A stretch of 64,000 nucleotides of DNA, from assembly GCF_009914755.1 (NCBI RefSeq), contig NC_060930.1; one strand, given 5' to 3'. The DNA comes from the human T2T-CHM13v2.0 reference genome, Homo sapiens. The notes below the pieces were generated by a model that was given only the letters and a program-made list of their open reading frames with translations, had not been told where the DNA came from and ran no database searches. This document shows, piece by piece, positions 40,080 to 53,877 of this stretch; position 1 is the stretch's first letter; every line of letters starts with the position of its first letter. Position numbers and translations under genes: made by a program.

Positions 40080-40432
40080 TGTCACACCAAGTGTCAGGTT
40101 CTAGCCCAAGCTGAGGTCTGAGGGAAGTGGGTGGGTGAGTGGTGGGTAGCTGGAAAAACACTTGAGAAATCCTAGGCAACCATGGCATGGCTTTATTCTC
40201 TTTCTGGGTGCAAGCCGTATGTACAGCATCAGCAGGGTAGTTATGCCTTCTACAGACAACAGTGGCTCCAAGCCAAGCATGAGCTCACGTGAGTGTTCAC
40301 CTAATGCACCTCACATGGCATGGTTACATAATGTTCAGGGTTGTGCGCCTGCGCTCCAAACCCTCTGAGTCATGCTGCATGGGAAGGCCACCTCGGCCTG
40401 CTCTTGACTAAAGCACAGCCATTTCCCTTACA
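40080..40432 (-). mobile_element. LTR18-like ERVL solo LTR, 353 bp
   Basis: TG...CA termini and a perfect 5-bp TSD GCAGA (40075-40079 / 40433-40437), typical of ERVL. Subfamily assignment from memory. Confidence 0.75.
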
Positions 40433-41222
40433 GCAGAGTGCTTCCTGCTACCCAAACACAGACCCAGACCAGGTTTGGTGACCTTCTCATGTTTGCATAC
40501 AGGAAAAAAAAAGCCATTTGTTTCTTGGTTTTATATATTTAAAAGATTTTCAGCACAAAACTTGCTTTTACTTGAATTTCGAATTTCTTCATTGTAAATA
40601 TTTTAGGCAGTGAAGAGTTATTTTCTATACCTTTTTGTTATAAAGGATTTTGTAATTGAACAAATTTTTCAACATGTAGCCTGATTAAAACATGGTAATT
40701 TTTCCCCTTTGTCTCATTCTCAAATATTAATTGATTTTAAAATGTTCCTAAAGAAAAAGCAGACTATTGTTTTAAGTGTATGCTATGTCATTGAGAATCA
40801 AGCAACAGGAGCACAACACAATGTGAGAATACAAAACATTTTATAAGATGAATTCCAAAGCAGCATAAAATAAAATTATCAGCGAGTAATGAAATAGAGA
40901 GAAATATGGATCTGTAGTTGACGTTCAGAGACTCAGAAATCTAATCATCACAATTGAAGTGAGAGAAATACATCTTAATGAGTCCTTCAACATCCCCTCA
41001 AGATTTCAGTATATAAATATTTAAAAGCAGGGGACTTAAGCAACTCTACAACAGTTTCGTTCCAGTCCAAAGTATTGAAAGAATCTAACTTGTTCTTTTT
41101 CTGCCTAAAGTATTGAGAGATACTAGCACAAGTCTATGATACAATCTAATTTCCTGTACATTTGTAATAGTTCATTAGACTGTGGAGGAACTAAAATTTC
41201 CTCTAGAATATAAACATGTAGG

Positions 41223-41496
41223 GCCTGTAATCTCAGCACTTTGGGAGGCCAAGGCAGGCAGATCACTTCAGGTCAGGAGTTCAAGACAAGCCTGGCCAAC
41301 ATGGTGAAACCTTGTCTCTACAAAAAATACAAAAATTAGCCGGGTGTGGTGGCACCTGACTATGATCCCAGCTACTTGGGAGGCTGAGGCAGGAGAATTA
41401 CTTGAGCCTGGGAGTCAGAAGTTGCAGTGAGCCGAGATTGTGCCACTGCACCCCAACCTGGGTGACAGAGCAAAACTCTGTCTCAAAAAAAAAAAA

Positions 41497-41497
<1 letters not shown>
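41223..41497 (+). mobile_element. AluS (5' ~20 bp missing), tail followed by (TA)n(CA)n to ~41537
   Basis: Alu body from 'gcctgtaatctcagcactttgggagg'. Confidence 0.92.
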
Positions 41498-41536
<39 letters not shown>

Positions 41537-42764
41537 TTAAAGAACATAAATGGTCTTAATATTTCTAGCATGTGCAAATTTTAGAAAGTCACATAGTAAA
41601 CATATTATCATGAAACTTTATAGCTTTATTTTCTATGTAGAACGCCTCTCTTAAAGATTGTGATTTTTAAAAAAATTTCTATAGTCAGAACATCTTATTT
41701 TATTCATAATACATGACTAAGTTATTAGTCAAATATGTTTTGAAAATCATCCTAATTTCTTTTACTGTAGCTGTTAGATATCTTGGTGGAAACACATGGT
41801 TATGTTTTAACAGGCAGCTCCCACTGACATATTAACAATGAGGTTTAGTGAGCAGTGTGATGTAGGAAGAAGGTGCTGCTTTGATTCTGATTAGGAAAGT
41901 CAGGTGGGAGGATGAGAAACACTAGCTGATAAAACAAAGAACTTGAGCAGGATCAGGAACTTCGCCAAGGAATTAGCCTTTGCAAAGAGAGATGTCTACT
42001 TCTCTGAGAAGAAGAAAGGGAAGATGGGTTCACATCCACTCCTTTTGAGAAGGAAGGGAGACAGCTGAGGCAATTTACAGTAAATAATCTCAAACTTCAT
42101 AAAATTTCAATAGGTCACTGGCAAAGAACAGAGGGATAGTGGTGGAGTAGAGGGGTGTGAACAACAGGAACGTTTAGAAAAGCTACTGTAGGTGGTGCAA
42201 CAGATATGCTGCTGTAAAAAAAAAAATCTAGCAATAGTAAAGATACAGCTGAGCTTGCAAAGAATGGCTTCAATCATTCACTCTGCTGTTGTGACTTGAA
42301 CCATCAGAACTTATGAATACATCTAAAGCATAAACAGAGACTCTAATGCTAGGTTAGGGACTAATTTGATGCTTACAATGGAATGGACAAAGACATGAGC
42401 TTTCAGTGGTGTTCAACACGTGTGAACAGCCACTGCAGGGACTTGGTGCACGTGTGTTTCATGGGTGAAGAACGAATGAATAAATGAATGTACATTTCCT
42501 TCCCTCTCAGTGTTCATTTTCCAGGTGTCTACTATAGCCTATCATTTGACTTTTTGTTGAGAATAGCTATGTAGAAAGATGTGCCAACATTTTGCAAAAT
42601 TTGTGACTATCTGAGGAGAAATAGTCACTATTTCTTAATGAGAGAATTCTGGAAAGAGGTATGGTGACTGTAATTTTTGAAAATTACTAAAAGATTTATT
42701 GTGTTTAGAACTTCTCTCTTTCTGGACTCAATTTTCTTATCTAAGTACAAGAGGTAAGAATATT

Positions 42765-42945
42765 GATCATTGGTACTATTGCCCAGCACTAAACCATTTT
42801 ACATACAAGATTTCATTTAATTTTTATAATAGTCCTAAAACATAGGCACTATATTCACCTCCATTGTTTAGATGAGAAAACTGAGGAATAAAGTAGCTCA
42901 ATTTCACATCAAGAAAATGAAGGAGCTGGGTTTTAAACCTAGAAT
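42765..42945 (-). mobile_element. MIR
   Basis: 'ccattgtttagatgagaaaactgagg...ggagctgggttttaaaccta'. Confidence 0.65.
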
Positions 42946-43153
42946 GCAAAGAGAGATGGGCCTGTAGGCCTACGAACTGTGCTAAATATATTTATAGTTA
43001 TATACTTTAATAAATTTGGAATTTTGAATTTTAAGATTATTGGAGGACAAAACTATAGATGGTCATCAGGAAGAACTTATAAGAAAGTTTTCACTATCTG
43101 CCAAATTCAGAAAAGAGTAACTTTTCAAGGGGAAAAAAGAAAAAAAACTTAAA

Positions 43154-43467
<314 letters not shown>

Positions 43468-45148
43468 TAAAATTTGAGGCAACTGAAGTCATAATTTTTT
43501 ACAAGGAATCTTCCCTTGTACTTCAGATTTGGAATGCACAAATCCCAGGCATATGAAAGAGTGTGGCAAGGTATACTCAAATAAACGGTATAAACTTCGA
43601 AAAAGGTTTTACACATAATTTTCCCCTAGGCAGTAATTTGAGTATTATGATAATATAAAAAAATTACCTTTTTAATTGGAATATAAAACTAGTATACTTT
43701 TTAAACTAAAACCTGGGACTTAATGTTCACTTTTCCATGATCTTAGGCTATGTAGCTATCCTTCTTAGTATTTACTTTCTTCTACCTTTAAACTTGTACT
43801 AGGAAAGTTTTTGAAAACCATTGTTCAAGGGCAGTAAGAAGATGTGGCACAATTTATCTAGCAATTAAAGATAACATGATGTTATCTTTAGGAAGAAAAC
43901 CCTAAGGCACTCAAATAATTCTAAAATATATGGAGGTTGTGTTTTCTTGATCTCTGCTCCTGAGTGGTTAGAATGATCCATGAATTGGAAGGACTTCAGT
44001 TTGCATTGCAGGGACAGGAGTGCCGAATCCAGATCTTTGTAATAATTAATTTGCATCACTGCTCAGTACTGAGAATACAAGTGCAGAAAGAGAAGCTGAG
44101 ACATAATTGCTGACAAATACGCTGTGTGTATTGAAAACCAGAAAATTTGCAGCTGCCTCACAGACGCCCTCATTGTGCAGATTTACAATGAACCACAAAA
44201 GAGACATGAGGTAAATGTAGGGTGTGTGCTGCAAGCCATTTTGATGAAATATCTGGGGGACAATTTAATATGAAATATCAGTTGGTAAAAGAGACCAGCT
44301 GCCCATTAAGAAGGATGACTCAAGCTAAAAATTCTAGCTCCTATTTTATAATGAAAGATTGCCGATATATAAACCTTCATTTGGGATATAAAATAGTGCT
44401 GGGTTTGAATGTGTAATGGCTATGCATGCAATCTTCCAAAAATCTGAAGGAACAGTTTTTTTTCTGAATCTGGTCAAAAGTCAAAACTTCTTTGGAAATC
44501 CAGCATGCAGGAACTTAGAAACTATCTTAGATGACTTTCTTTTATTCCTAAATCTTTCTGTGTGCATGCATGGGATCTCAATGTACTCTCAGCTATAGAA
44601 TTCTGAATTATTTTTATGTAGACAACCAACCAATCCTTCTGTTCCAGCCTCCCATGAATCTCACTATTCAAGATAATAGATGTATCTAGCTGCTGAGCTT
44701 TCTGAGGTTTTGCAGTGCAAATCAACTTACTTCTAACGCTCACTTCCAGCTTAGCTTTGAGCTTCCTTCAGCCTGCGAAGTTGATTACCACGTGTTCCTA
44801 TTCTTTCCAGTTTCCAGAATTTTGTTGCTGTCATCTTCTGTTCTGTTCTCTTTGTTCTTGTGGGTTAAAGCCCTTATAAATATAAGTCCCTTCAATCCAC
44901 CAATGTTAGCTGCACATTCTGCTAGCTTTTACCAGAAAACATTTGAACAAATAAATCTGTTTTAAATGTTGAAACTCTGAGCATCTTGACAACAACAAAG
45001 GGAGGAATTTGAGGACTAAGGATCTTCCTGGAGTTCTTTACTGTATCTATGTGGAAATAAAAGCATGTTTTTAAATGAACTTTAGATTCCTGTTGAATGC
45101 AAGGTTTATAAATGACCTCTACTTTCATGTTAAGACTTTTCAACTCCC

Positions 45149-45448
45149 GGCCAGGCACGGTGACTCACACCTGTAATCCCAGCACTTCGGGAGGCCGAGG
45201 CAGGCAGATCGCTTGAGATCAGGAGTTCAAGACCAGCCTGGCCAACATGGTGAAACCCCATCTCTACTAAACGCACAAAAATTAGCCAAGCATGGTGGCA
45301 CACGCCTTTAATCCCAGCTACTGGGGAGGCTAGGCAGGAGGATCCCTTGAACCTGGGAGGCAGAGGTTGCAGTGAGTCGAGATCGCACCACTGCACTCCA
45401 GCCTGGGTGACAGAGTGAGACTCCATCTCAAAAAAAAAGAAAAAAAAA
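45149..45448 (+). mobile_element. AluS
   Basis: Full Alu; TSD core ttcaactcc on both sides. Confidence 0.93.
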
Positions 45449-47076
45449 TTCAACTCCTTTGAAAATGTGTTTATCTCTGAATCCTACCTCTGTGAAACTT
45501 TCCTACTGACTTCTTTCTAGTTCGTACACTTGCTGCTGGATATTAGAGTGCTTATCGTTTTAAGCAATAGGCCCTTAAAAGGAAACACATCTTTCCCCAG
45601 CTCCTTTCTATATCTTTGTTTAGTAGCATTTGTTTTATCAGTCTTAAGTCGAACTATTAATCCTTATTGGCCATCACCTTGCTCAGTCCTTAGTGCCCAT
45701 CCCCTTGCCAGGATGCTAACTTTCCACTGGGACTCGGCTCGATTCTAAAGGGAATATTACCAACCTTCACCCATCCTAACAGAACTAGAACTCACAGTCC
45801 TTGAAAATATCAATGACAGAAGTGAAGAATCCCTACAGCTATTGCCATTTTAAACTGAGTGTGTTCCAAATGGCCCTGGTAGCTGAGAAGTAGAGATTAT
45901 TTGATTCAGTTTCCTAAAATAGCTCACTTCTCTCTCATCTCTGTGTTGCTCTTGCTGTCCAGGCTGCCCGCAATGCTCTATCACACAGGTGTCATTTTCC
46001 ATTCCAGCCTTCTGTTTGTGCAGAAGCGTAAGTTCTCTTCCCTCCCTTCTTCCCTTCTCCATTCCTCCCTTCTCCCTTCCTTTCTTCCTCCCTTCCTCTC
46101 TACTTTTTCTATCATATTAAGATCATATTGTACACACAATTTGTACCTTACTTTTCTGTCAAAGCATTTTCCAACACCATTGGCTCTTCTGTGAGGATGT
46201 TGTTTTAGTGGCTGATACTTCACCATTTAAACTTTCCTCAATTCATAAATTTCACTCATTCCTTTCCCTCCTGCTTTAAATCCATGTACATCTTCTCCAT
46301 GGTGCTTCTTCCTGACTCTCTCTGAGAGTGATGCTGCTTCTCTCTTTCTTTTCAAGTAAAAACATGCACTCTTGATTCCACAGCCTCTATTGTTTCTCCT
46401 TAATGCTCTTTTTGTTTCTGCTTTTTGAACTTTCAATTTCTGAAATCTGACTCTGCCTAATCATCTCAGGTCTTCCCATCAACAAGTAACCAACCCCGAA
46501 ACCTTGTTTGACTTTGCTATGCTCTCAAAGCATTGTTCTAAGTGTTTTTCTTAACACATACACTAATTTGTCTCATTGTCTGGTCACCCCAACCACTCTT
46601 TAACTTCTTTAGTTAAATTTCTGTTGTCTCCATTCAACTTAAACTGCACTCAAGGCTACGAGAAACCTCCTAGCAGGCCCAGGAGCCTAAACTTACCTAG
46701 TGGCCTTTAATCAGTTTTTCTTTTCCTCAACATTCTTCAAAATACCATGGCATTTGCCCTTTCATCTCCCAGTCTCTCTAACCCCTCCCTCACTGTCTTT
46801 ATTTATGTTTTCTCTATCAGCTCCCATTTTAACTTCTATTCCATTCTGTTTATGCTTAGTTTGTTAATGGTGTGCTTGTTTGTTTGTGGCAACCAAGTAA
46901 AGTAGCATAAAAATTTTGGAACTTGAATTCTAGTCTTCCCAAATGGGTTTACTAATACCTTCTATCTGTCACCAGTAATGGTTAGTATGAGAAGCAAGTA
47001 TCTGTATGTGTTCATTGTGCATATCTAGAATTATATATTTTTAAATTTCATTAAACTGAATTATGCAATGTTCTAA

Positions 47077-47080
<4 letters not shown>

Positions 47081-47111
<31 letters not shown>
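47081..47111. repeat. (TG)n microsatellite
   Basis: About 15 perfect TG units. Confidence 0.97.
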
Positions 47112-47113
<2 letters not shown>

Positions 47114-48175
47114 ACAGAGAGAAAGCGAGTGCCTTAAGGCTAGCGAACATAGCTAAAAAAATTGCTGAGAATCAGAAGGATTATTCAACACAAAATTTTA
47201 AATGTATGGGGAAAGAAAGGATTTAATAAGAATCACCAAAAGAAAAAACTTTTGGTAAATAGATTCCAGGCTAAATTTGTTTTTGCTAATATGCAGATAA
47301 AATAACTAGTGGGCCTCTTCTTAATTTATAGATGTGTGAAAATTAACCTAAAGAAAAAGTAAGAGAGAAAATTGATTTAAGGTATAATAAGTGGCTTGGA
47401 GTCAAGCAAAATTGATAAGATAAACCAGATCTCTTTTAAGCTTGCTTCTGCAGGCAAAATAAGCTTTAATTCAAAACCTCATTGAATCTGTATTAGTGAG
47501 TATGTAGAGTATATAGCAACTAGATCATAGGAAAGGTCAGTCTCACTATCCCCTGAGGCAGAGTTGGTTGTTCTTACATTACACAGTTGCCTTTGAAGCA
47601 AAGGTTAACATCACTGTTATATTAAAGTCTCTCTGCATCCTACAAAGGGACCCTTCAGCCCTGTCTGTCATGAGAACAATGTGGTTTTCCCTTTCTCTCT
47701 CCTCAGTTAGGTTATGCTTTATTATATCTCCTTAGTTTATCAAGTCCAGGGATATAGATCTTTAAAAATAGATCACGTCTCCATAATAAGACTCTCCCTG
47801 TGAAGGTCTCTGGAAATAAAAACATCATGATGTTTATGTCCTACAGTACCAGCCCATCCTACGATACTTACAAATGTAACATCTGCCTGCACATGAAATC
47901 TTGTGGTTATAAACTGAAGTCTGTAGCTGAGAGGCTTTTGTCCAGATGCCCCTGACTTGTAAGTGAAAGTATGAGTACTTACGTTGAAGATTGTCTTAGA
48001 AAAGAGGTTCTTAAAAAGGCTGTCACAAGTTTAGAATCTGGCCCTCAAGGAAGGTCAGTCCTCCTTGCTCTCAGGGTGTCTGGTCTCTGCTTCCTTTGGC
48101 CTTTTAACAAACTTGTTTGAAAAACAGATTTACAAACATCTGATAGTTCTTTGCCATTCTGATTTCTTAAAAAGT

Positions 48176-48477
48176 GGCCAGGTGCAGTGGCTCACGCCTG
48201 TAATCCCAGCACTTTGGGATACTGATGTGAGCAGATCAGCTGAGGTCAGGAGTTCGAGAAAAGCCTGGCCAACATGGTAAAAGCTGACTCTACTGAAAAT
48301 ATGAAAATTACCCTGGCATCTTGGCATATGCCTACAATCTCCACTAGTTGGGAGGCTGAGGCAGGAGAATCACCTTGAACCTGGGAGGCAGAGGTTGGAG
48401 TGAATCGAGATCGCACCACTGCATTCTAGCCTGGGCGACAGAGTGAGACTCTGTCTCAAAAAAAAAAAAAAAAAAAA
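48176..48477 (+). mobile_element. AluS
   Basis: Full Alu with an A tail. Confidence 0.92.
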
Positions 48478-49259
48478 GAGTGCCTGAAAAGATCCACCTA
48501 TATCTTTAGATGTTCAAGACTATAATCTACCTCAGGAAGAATATATAGTACAACCTACACAGAAATTAACTTTATTGAAAGAACATTTAAAAAAACAATC
48601 ATGCTTCAGGAGTTGAAATATCATTACATTTATCTTAAATATTTATTTACTTCAAAACAAGTTTAAAGGCAACCACCAGAATCTGCTCAGTTCTGGTCTT
48701 TTACATGTTTACTATCCAACACCTGAGGCACATGAAGGCTCAACCCTCCTCCTACTCCTGTTCCCAAGGCCAAGATGGATCCTAAAGAGGGTGAGGGTGA
48801 GGGAGAGGAGTGAGGATGGGGGTGGGCAGACTTCAGGAGCTGCATGTCAGAATGGGTGACATCCCAGCACAGTAACTGCTAGTTCCCACCTGACCTCGGG
48901 TTCCATAGACAATCCCACAGTTTGGTATCCCTATACTTAAGCGTGTGTCTCTGACTCCTGTCTAGTATACTAAAGGGGACCTCTCGCATTCATTAATTCA
49001 TTTATTGACTCATTCAGTCAACACTGACAGTGCTTAGTATGTGTCAGATACTAGGCTGTTTGTTATAATAGAAAGATGAACAGGTGTCTACTCACAGCAA
49101 TGGAAGGGGAAAAAAAATGACCCAAACATCTTGGATGAGCTTACCTTTTTTGACAATCTCCTGCCATCAGACCTACTGTGCCTTGGCTAGATGATTCCTT
49201 TCCCAAATCTTTCACTCTTTCTCTTACAAAACAGACCCTTCCTGCATCTTAAGTAGTCT

Positions 49260-49560
49260 TTTGTTTATTTTTCTTCAAGACAGAGTCTTGCTCTGTCACC
49301 CAGGCTGGAGTGCAGTGGCATGGATCTCAGGTCACTGCAATCTCCGCCTCCCAGGTTCAAGTGATTCTTCTGCCTCAGCCTTCCAAGTATCTGGGATGAC
49401 AGGAGCACGCCACCACACCTGGCTAATTTTTTGTATTTTTAGTAGAGATAGGGTTTTGCCATGTTGGCCAGGCTGGTCTTGAACTTCTGGCCTCAAGCAA
49501 TCCGCCCACCTCGGTCCCCCAAAGTGCTGGAATTACAGGCATAAGCCACCATACCTGGCC
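49260..49560 (-). mobile_element. AluS
   Basis: Full antisense Alu. Confidence 0.92.
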
Positions 49561-49809
49561 AATAATGTGATTATTTTATATGATGTTTTTAATAATGCTT
49601 TTTCACTTAATATAAGAAGAATGTTTTCTCTCATCATTAAATAGTCTTTTAAATCTAGTTTTAATAGAATCATAAAGTCCCCCTGTGACAGGTATCCCAT
49701 TATTAACTAGTTCCATTTTCTAATTAATTTTTCTTAAACTTTTTATTACAAATTACTCTGTGGTGGACATCCTATAAATATATATCTGCATAAATGTAGC
49801 ACTGTCAAA

Positions 49810-50370
49810 CTATTGGTTACCTGTCCAATATCCACTATCCCCTTCTTCCTTAATTAAAGAACCCTGAGCAGCACCCTGAACATTGAAAATATCGCAGCCC
49901 CGATCCCACGCTCTGTAGCAACTTGGCGTGGTCATTTGCCCCAGTGCTGGCTAATGATATATAAGCAGAAGTGTACTAGCTATTAGGTTGGTGCAAAAGT
50001 AATTGTGGTTTTCACCATTACTTTTAAAAACCGCAATTACTTTTGCACCAACCTAATAGAACTTCCGGATTAAAATAATCTAAATCAGGGTGTCCCATGC
50101 CTTTTGTTCTGCAACGTCCTTCTTTCTGTCTAGAACATGGACCTGATTCCCAGAGGTGCATTGGCCAGCGTGCAAGCCTGAGGAAGGAAGCCACACCATG
50201 AGGACAGTGAGGCCTGATCCTTGATGATGTCTGTCCTTGAACTAGCCATCCACAGAGTGCTCCCATACATCCCCTTATATGAGCAATGTAAACCTGTTTT
50301 AATGTAATTCTTCTCAAATCCTCCACATGGCTATGTTTCACTATTTTCTTTGAGTGGTGGCTAAACAGAA
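49810..50370. mobile_element. Old MLT1-type MaLR LTR hosting the MADE1
   Basis: 'ctggctaatgatatataagcagaagtg' and 'tgatccttgatgatg' resemble MLT1H-K. Boundaries approximate. Confidence 0.45.
49983..50056. mobile_element. MADE1 (Hsmar1-derived MITE)
   Basis: ttaggttggtgcaaaagtaattgtggtt...aaccgcaattacttttgcaccaacctaa palindrome with TA TSDs (49981-49982, 50057-50058). Confidence 0.97.
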
Positions 50371-50389
50371 TATAATTTTTATAGAGTTT

Positions 50390-51335
50390 ATTATTTTAAA
50401 ATATGTTCAATTAAAACTCAATTATAAGACAAAGAATCCAAATAAAATATTTGAACCTAACGATTTGAGTACACATTTCACTAAGGAAAAGAAAAAAGAC
50501 AAAGAGGAGAAGGAAAAGAAATGTAAATGGCTAATAAACACATAAGAAAATGTTCAACATTATTAATTGTTAGGAAAATGCAAAATAAAATCACAGTAAC
50601 ATGCCAAGAAATTACTAATAAATTTTCATTTATTACAATGGTTATAATTAAAAGAGACAGACAATATCATGCGCTGGCAAAGATTGGAGAACTGGAATTC
50701 TATTGCACAGCCATTAGGAATTAAAATGGCATAGCCACTTTGGAAAACAGTTTGGCAGTTTCTCACAAAATTAAACATAAATTACCATCCGACCCAGCAA
50801 TTCTACTTCTAGGAATCTATCCAAGAGAAATAAAACCATACATTCACGGGAAAACATGAACACTAACTTTCATAGCAGCATTACTTATAATAGCCAAAAT
50901 GTGAAATTATCCAAATGGTTCCTGAATAAATGACCAGTGCATGAATCATAGACAGATAGTGAAGTCTATATAGCAATAAAAATAAAAGATGCACTACTAC
51001 TGCGACAACATGGATGAAACTCAAAAACAGTGTGCTAAGTTGAAGAAGCATCCAGATGCAACAGTCTGCATAGTGTATAATTCCCTTTATATGAAATATG
51101 TGGAAAAGCAAATTTACAGAGCCAGAAAACAGATTCACGGTTGCTGAAGACTGGTGGTAGAGGCTAGGAATAACTGCAGAACAGCACTAGTGGACATTTG
51201 GAGTGATGGAAATGTTTAAAAATGGGTGTGGTGATGGTTGTACAACTATAAATTTACTAAAATCATCGAACTATACACTTACAAAGGGTGAATTTTGTTT
51301 TATGTAAACTAGACCTCAATAAATCTGTTTTTAAA
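50390..51335 (+). mobile_element. L1ME-like 3' end
   Basis: 'gccactttggaaaacagtttggcagtttc...gacccagcaattctacttctaggaatctatccaagag...acctcaataaatctg'. Confidence 0.82.
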
Positions 51336-51684
51336 AATATATCCAAATATTTTCACTACAAGTGTACTATTGTGGTTAAAATTTTTGTTGTTGCCAAAAC
51401 ATTAAAGCCTAATGGTAGAGATAAATTATGCTTGAGACAGTTTGAAAGTTTTCCTTAAGCATGAGATACTCTTTGTGCAGAAGAAAAATCTCATGCTGCA
51501 AATGTGAATGACTAGGAATAGAATGAAGAAAAGAACTCCTGAGATATATATGGACCAAAATGTAAAAAAACAAACAAACAAAAAGACTGCAATTTAGGTC
51601 ACTTCACTTTGGAAAGCCGAAATGATATTTTGAAACCTTCCCAAATGAACAGATGGCCTAAACCCTTGGTCCAAAAATGGAACC

Positions 51685-51920
51685 ATTTATTTAATTCTTA
51701 CTATGCATCAGGCACTGTGTTAAACAAACAGTTTTCAACATTTGTTCCTTACTAACTCACAACTCCATGAGGTATTAAACATCTCCACTTTACAAATGAG
51801 AAAACGGAGACTCAAGGAGGCTTAGCCTCCTCCCCAATAGCAGGAGATGGCAAAGCAGAGCCTCTGATCAAACCCCAGCATAATTCCAATGCTGAAGCCT
51901 ACACTGTTAACCTCTACAAT
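51685..51920 (-). mobile_element. MIR
   Basis: 'ctccactttacaaatgagaaaacggagactca'. Confidence 0.65.
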
Positions 51921-53877
51921 GGACCACTTTCAAATCACCATGCCTCATCTCAGAGCTCCAGTGCCTAGAAAAACAAAAGGCACTTAGTAGGTAATCAGCA
52001 AACATTTGTCAAATGCATTTTAGTTGAGATATATATGGAAGTAATATACTGTGCTCTTAATAATCTTGTAGAAATAAGCTGATTATTATCAATTTTTTTG
52101 TTTTCTTCTATTCTCAATTAGTAACACAAATGGGAGCATTTTATAATGTGGATCCTCCTCAGGGCATTCTTGTTTGCTTGCTGTTGTTTTTACCCAAACC
52201 AATGTTCCAGATTTTAGATCCTGACTAACTCCTCCTCCTTTAGGAGGTTAGCTTTTTTGGTTTAGGAATACATCATTGGGACATCTTTCCCAAACTTCAG
52301 CTCTATACTTCTAGAATTCTATTATACATGTTCCTCTGTGTGTCCTGACAAATCAGATCTTTTCCACCAGTCTCCTCTTCCTCGTTTTCTTATATCTATT
52401 AATGGCAACAAAAATCTACCCTGTCAAAAATCTATCCTGTGGCTCAGACATAGAAATTTGATAGCCATGTTTAGTAAATGTCCAATTCCTATCATTTCTA
52501 CCACCACAAGTTCTCCACATCACCTGAATCCAATTCCTATATATAACTCTCTCGTCATATGACATCTTATCTCACTGGACTTCTGTTACCAAGGAATCGA
52601 TCCCTGGATGTCAACTTTCATTTTCATCCCATAGACAATTACCCTAGAGGAAAGTTCTTAATATCTTGTCAACTCCAACTCTGTTACTTCTCCTGAACGT
52701 GGCTGGTTATAACTCAAATCGAAACCAGATGTAAACGGAGCCAAAACAAGTGCAACCGCAACTCAAAATGTCAAGTGTCAATGTCAAGGAACTCACATAG
52801 CATGTGCTGTGTGTCTGACTTATTTATTGTTGTTGTTTGATTTTTTTTCTTAGTTTGGGGAGAGAAGAGGGAGCTTTGGTGAAAGCTGTTTGATTGTAAG
52901 CTACTTCTCAATGACAATGACAGAAAAATATGATGAAGCAGGAATCAATGTTCAAAAATGAGCTGGAAATACCTGCTTAGGGTGGGCTGTAGCTGATATT
53001 GACTAGCATGTTAGAGAATTGAACTTATTTCAGTATAAATTATGTAATAAAAAGATAAATCAGTAGTTATACAAAATGTTTCATGGTAATTCTTATTTTC
53101 ACACACAAAAGTATATTTTTCTTTGAAATGCCATCATTTTCCTCTGGAGAAACTGGAATCAAACAAATGCACTATTTAGAAAAATTAAATCTCAGAATAC
53201 ATTTTTAAGACATAACAATAACGCAAAAAATTCTGATTTCCAAAATATTTATCTATCACAAAACATAGTTTGCTAACTTATTTGTCTATGTACAGCTCAC
53301 AGCAATGCTCTTCTCCTTTATCACAGAGTTCTCAAATAAACTGTGGGTAGCCTAGAATATTCAGAGCTTCAATTGCCAAAGCTGCTGAATACCCAGAATT
53401 TCATTTTATTGGACTTTTATGCAAAATTCATATGGAGTTACATAAAATTCTGCCTCTGAGCATTTTCAATGTAATATTTGTTTCTTCGTTGAAGACTGTT
53501 TTTCACTTTCTAGGTTTACATATGAATTCATTTTCAGAGTGCCTTTATCTTGGTTTCTACTACATAGTCTCATCTCAGTGGAGCTCTGCGTTGCATTACC
53601 AATGGTGGGCTATCATTCTCCAGGTGTATGTATTGTCAGTAATTTTACTATTGGGCTTTCTTTGTTTCTCTAGTAACTTCCATATAATACCAATTAATTG
53701 TTCTGCTGTAACTATTATTATTGTCAATTTAGCCTTTACTAGAACTTTGGTTTATTGTTAAGAATTTATTTCGCCTGATAAGAATTTGTTAATATACTAA
53801 CAAACTTAAAGTGATTTATTGAGCACCTATCTGTGCCAGATATTTGGCTAGACCCAGGGGAATTCAAAAACAAGTCA

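Noticed and set aside
47860-47990. Two perfect minus-strand GTAAGTA donors
   Set aside because: No convincing acceptor at a plausible exon distance.
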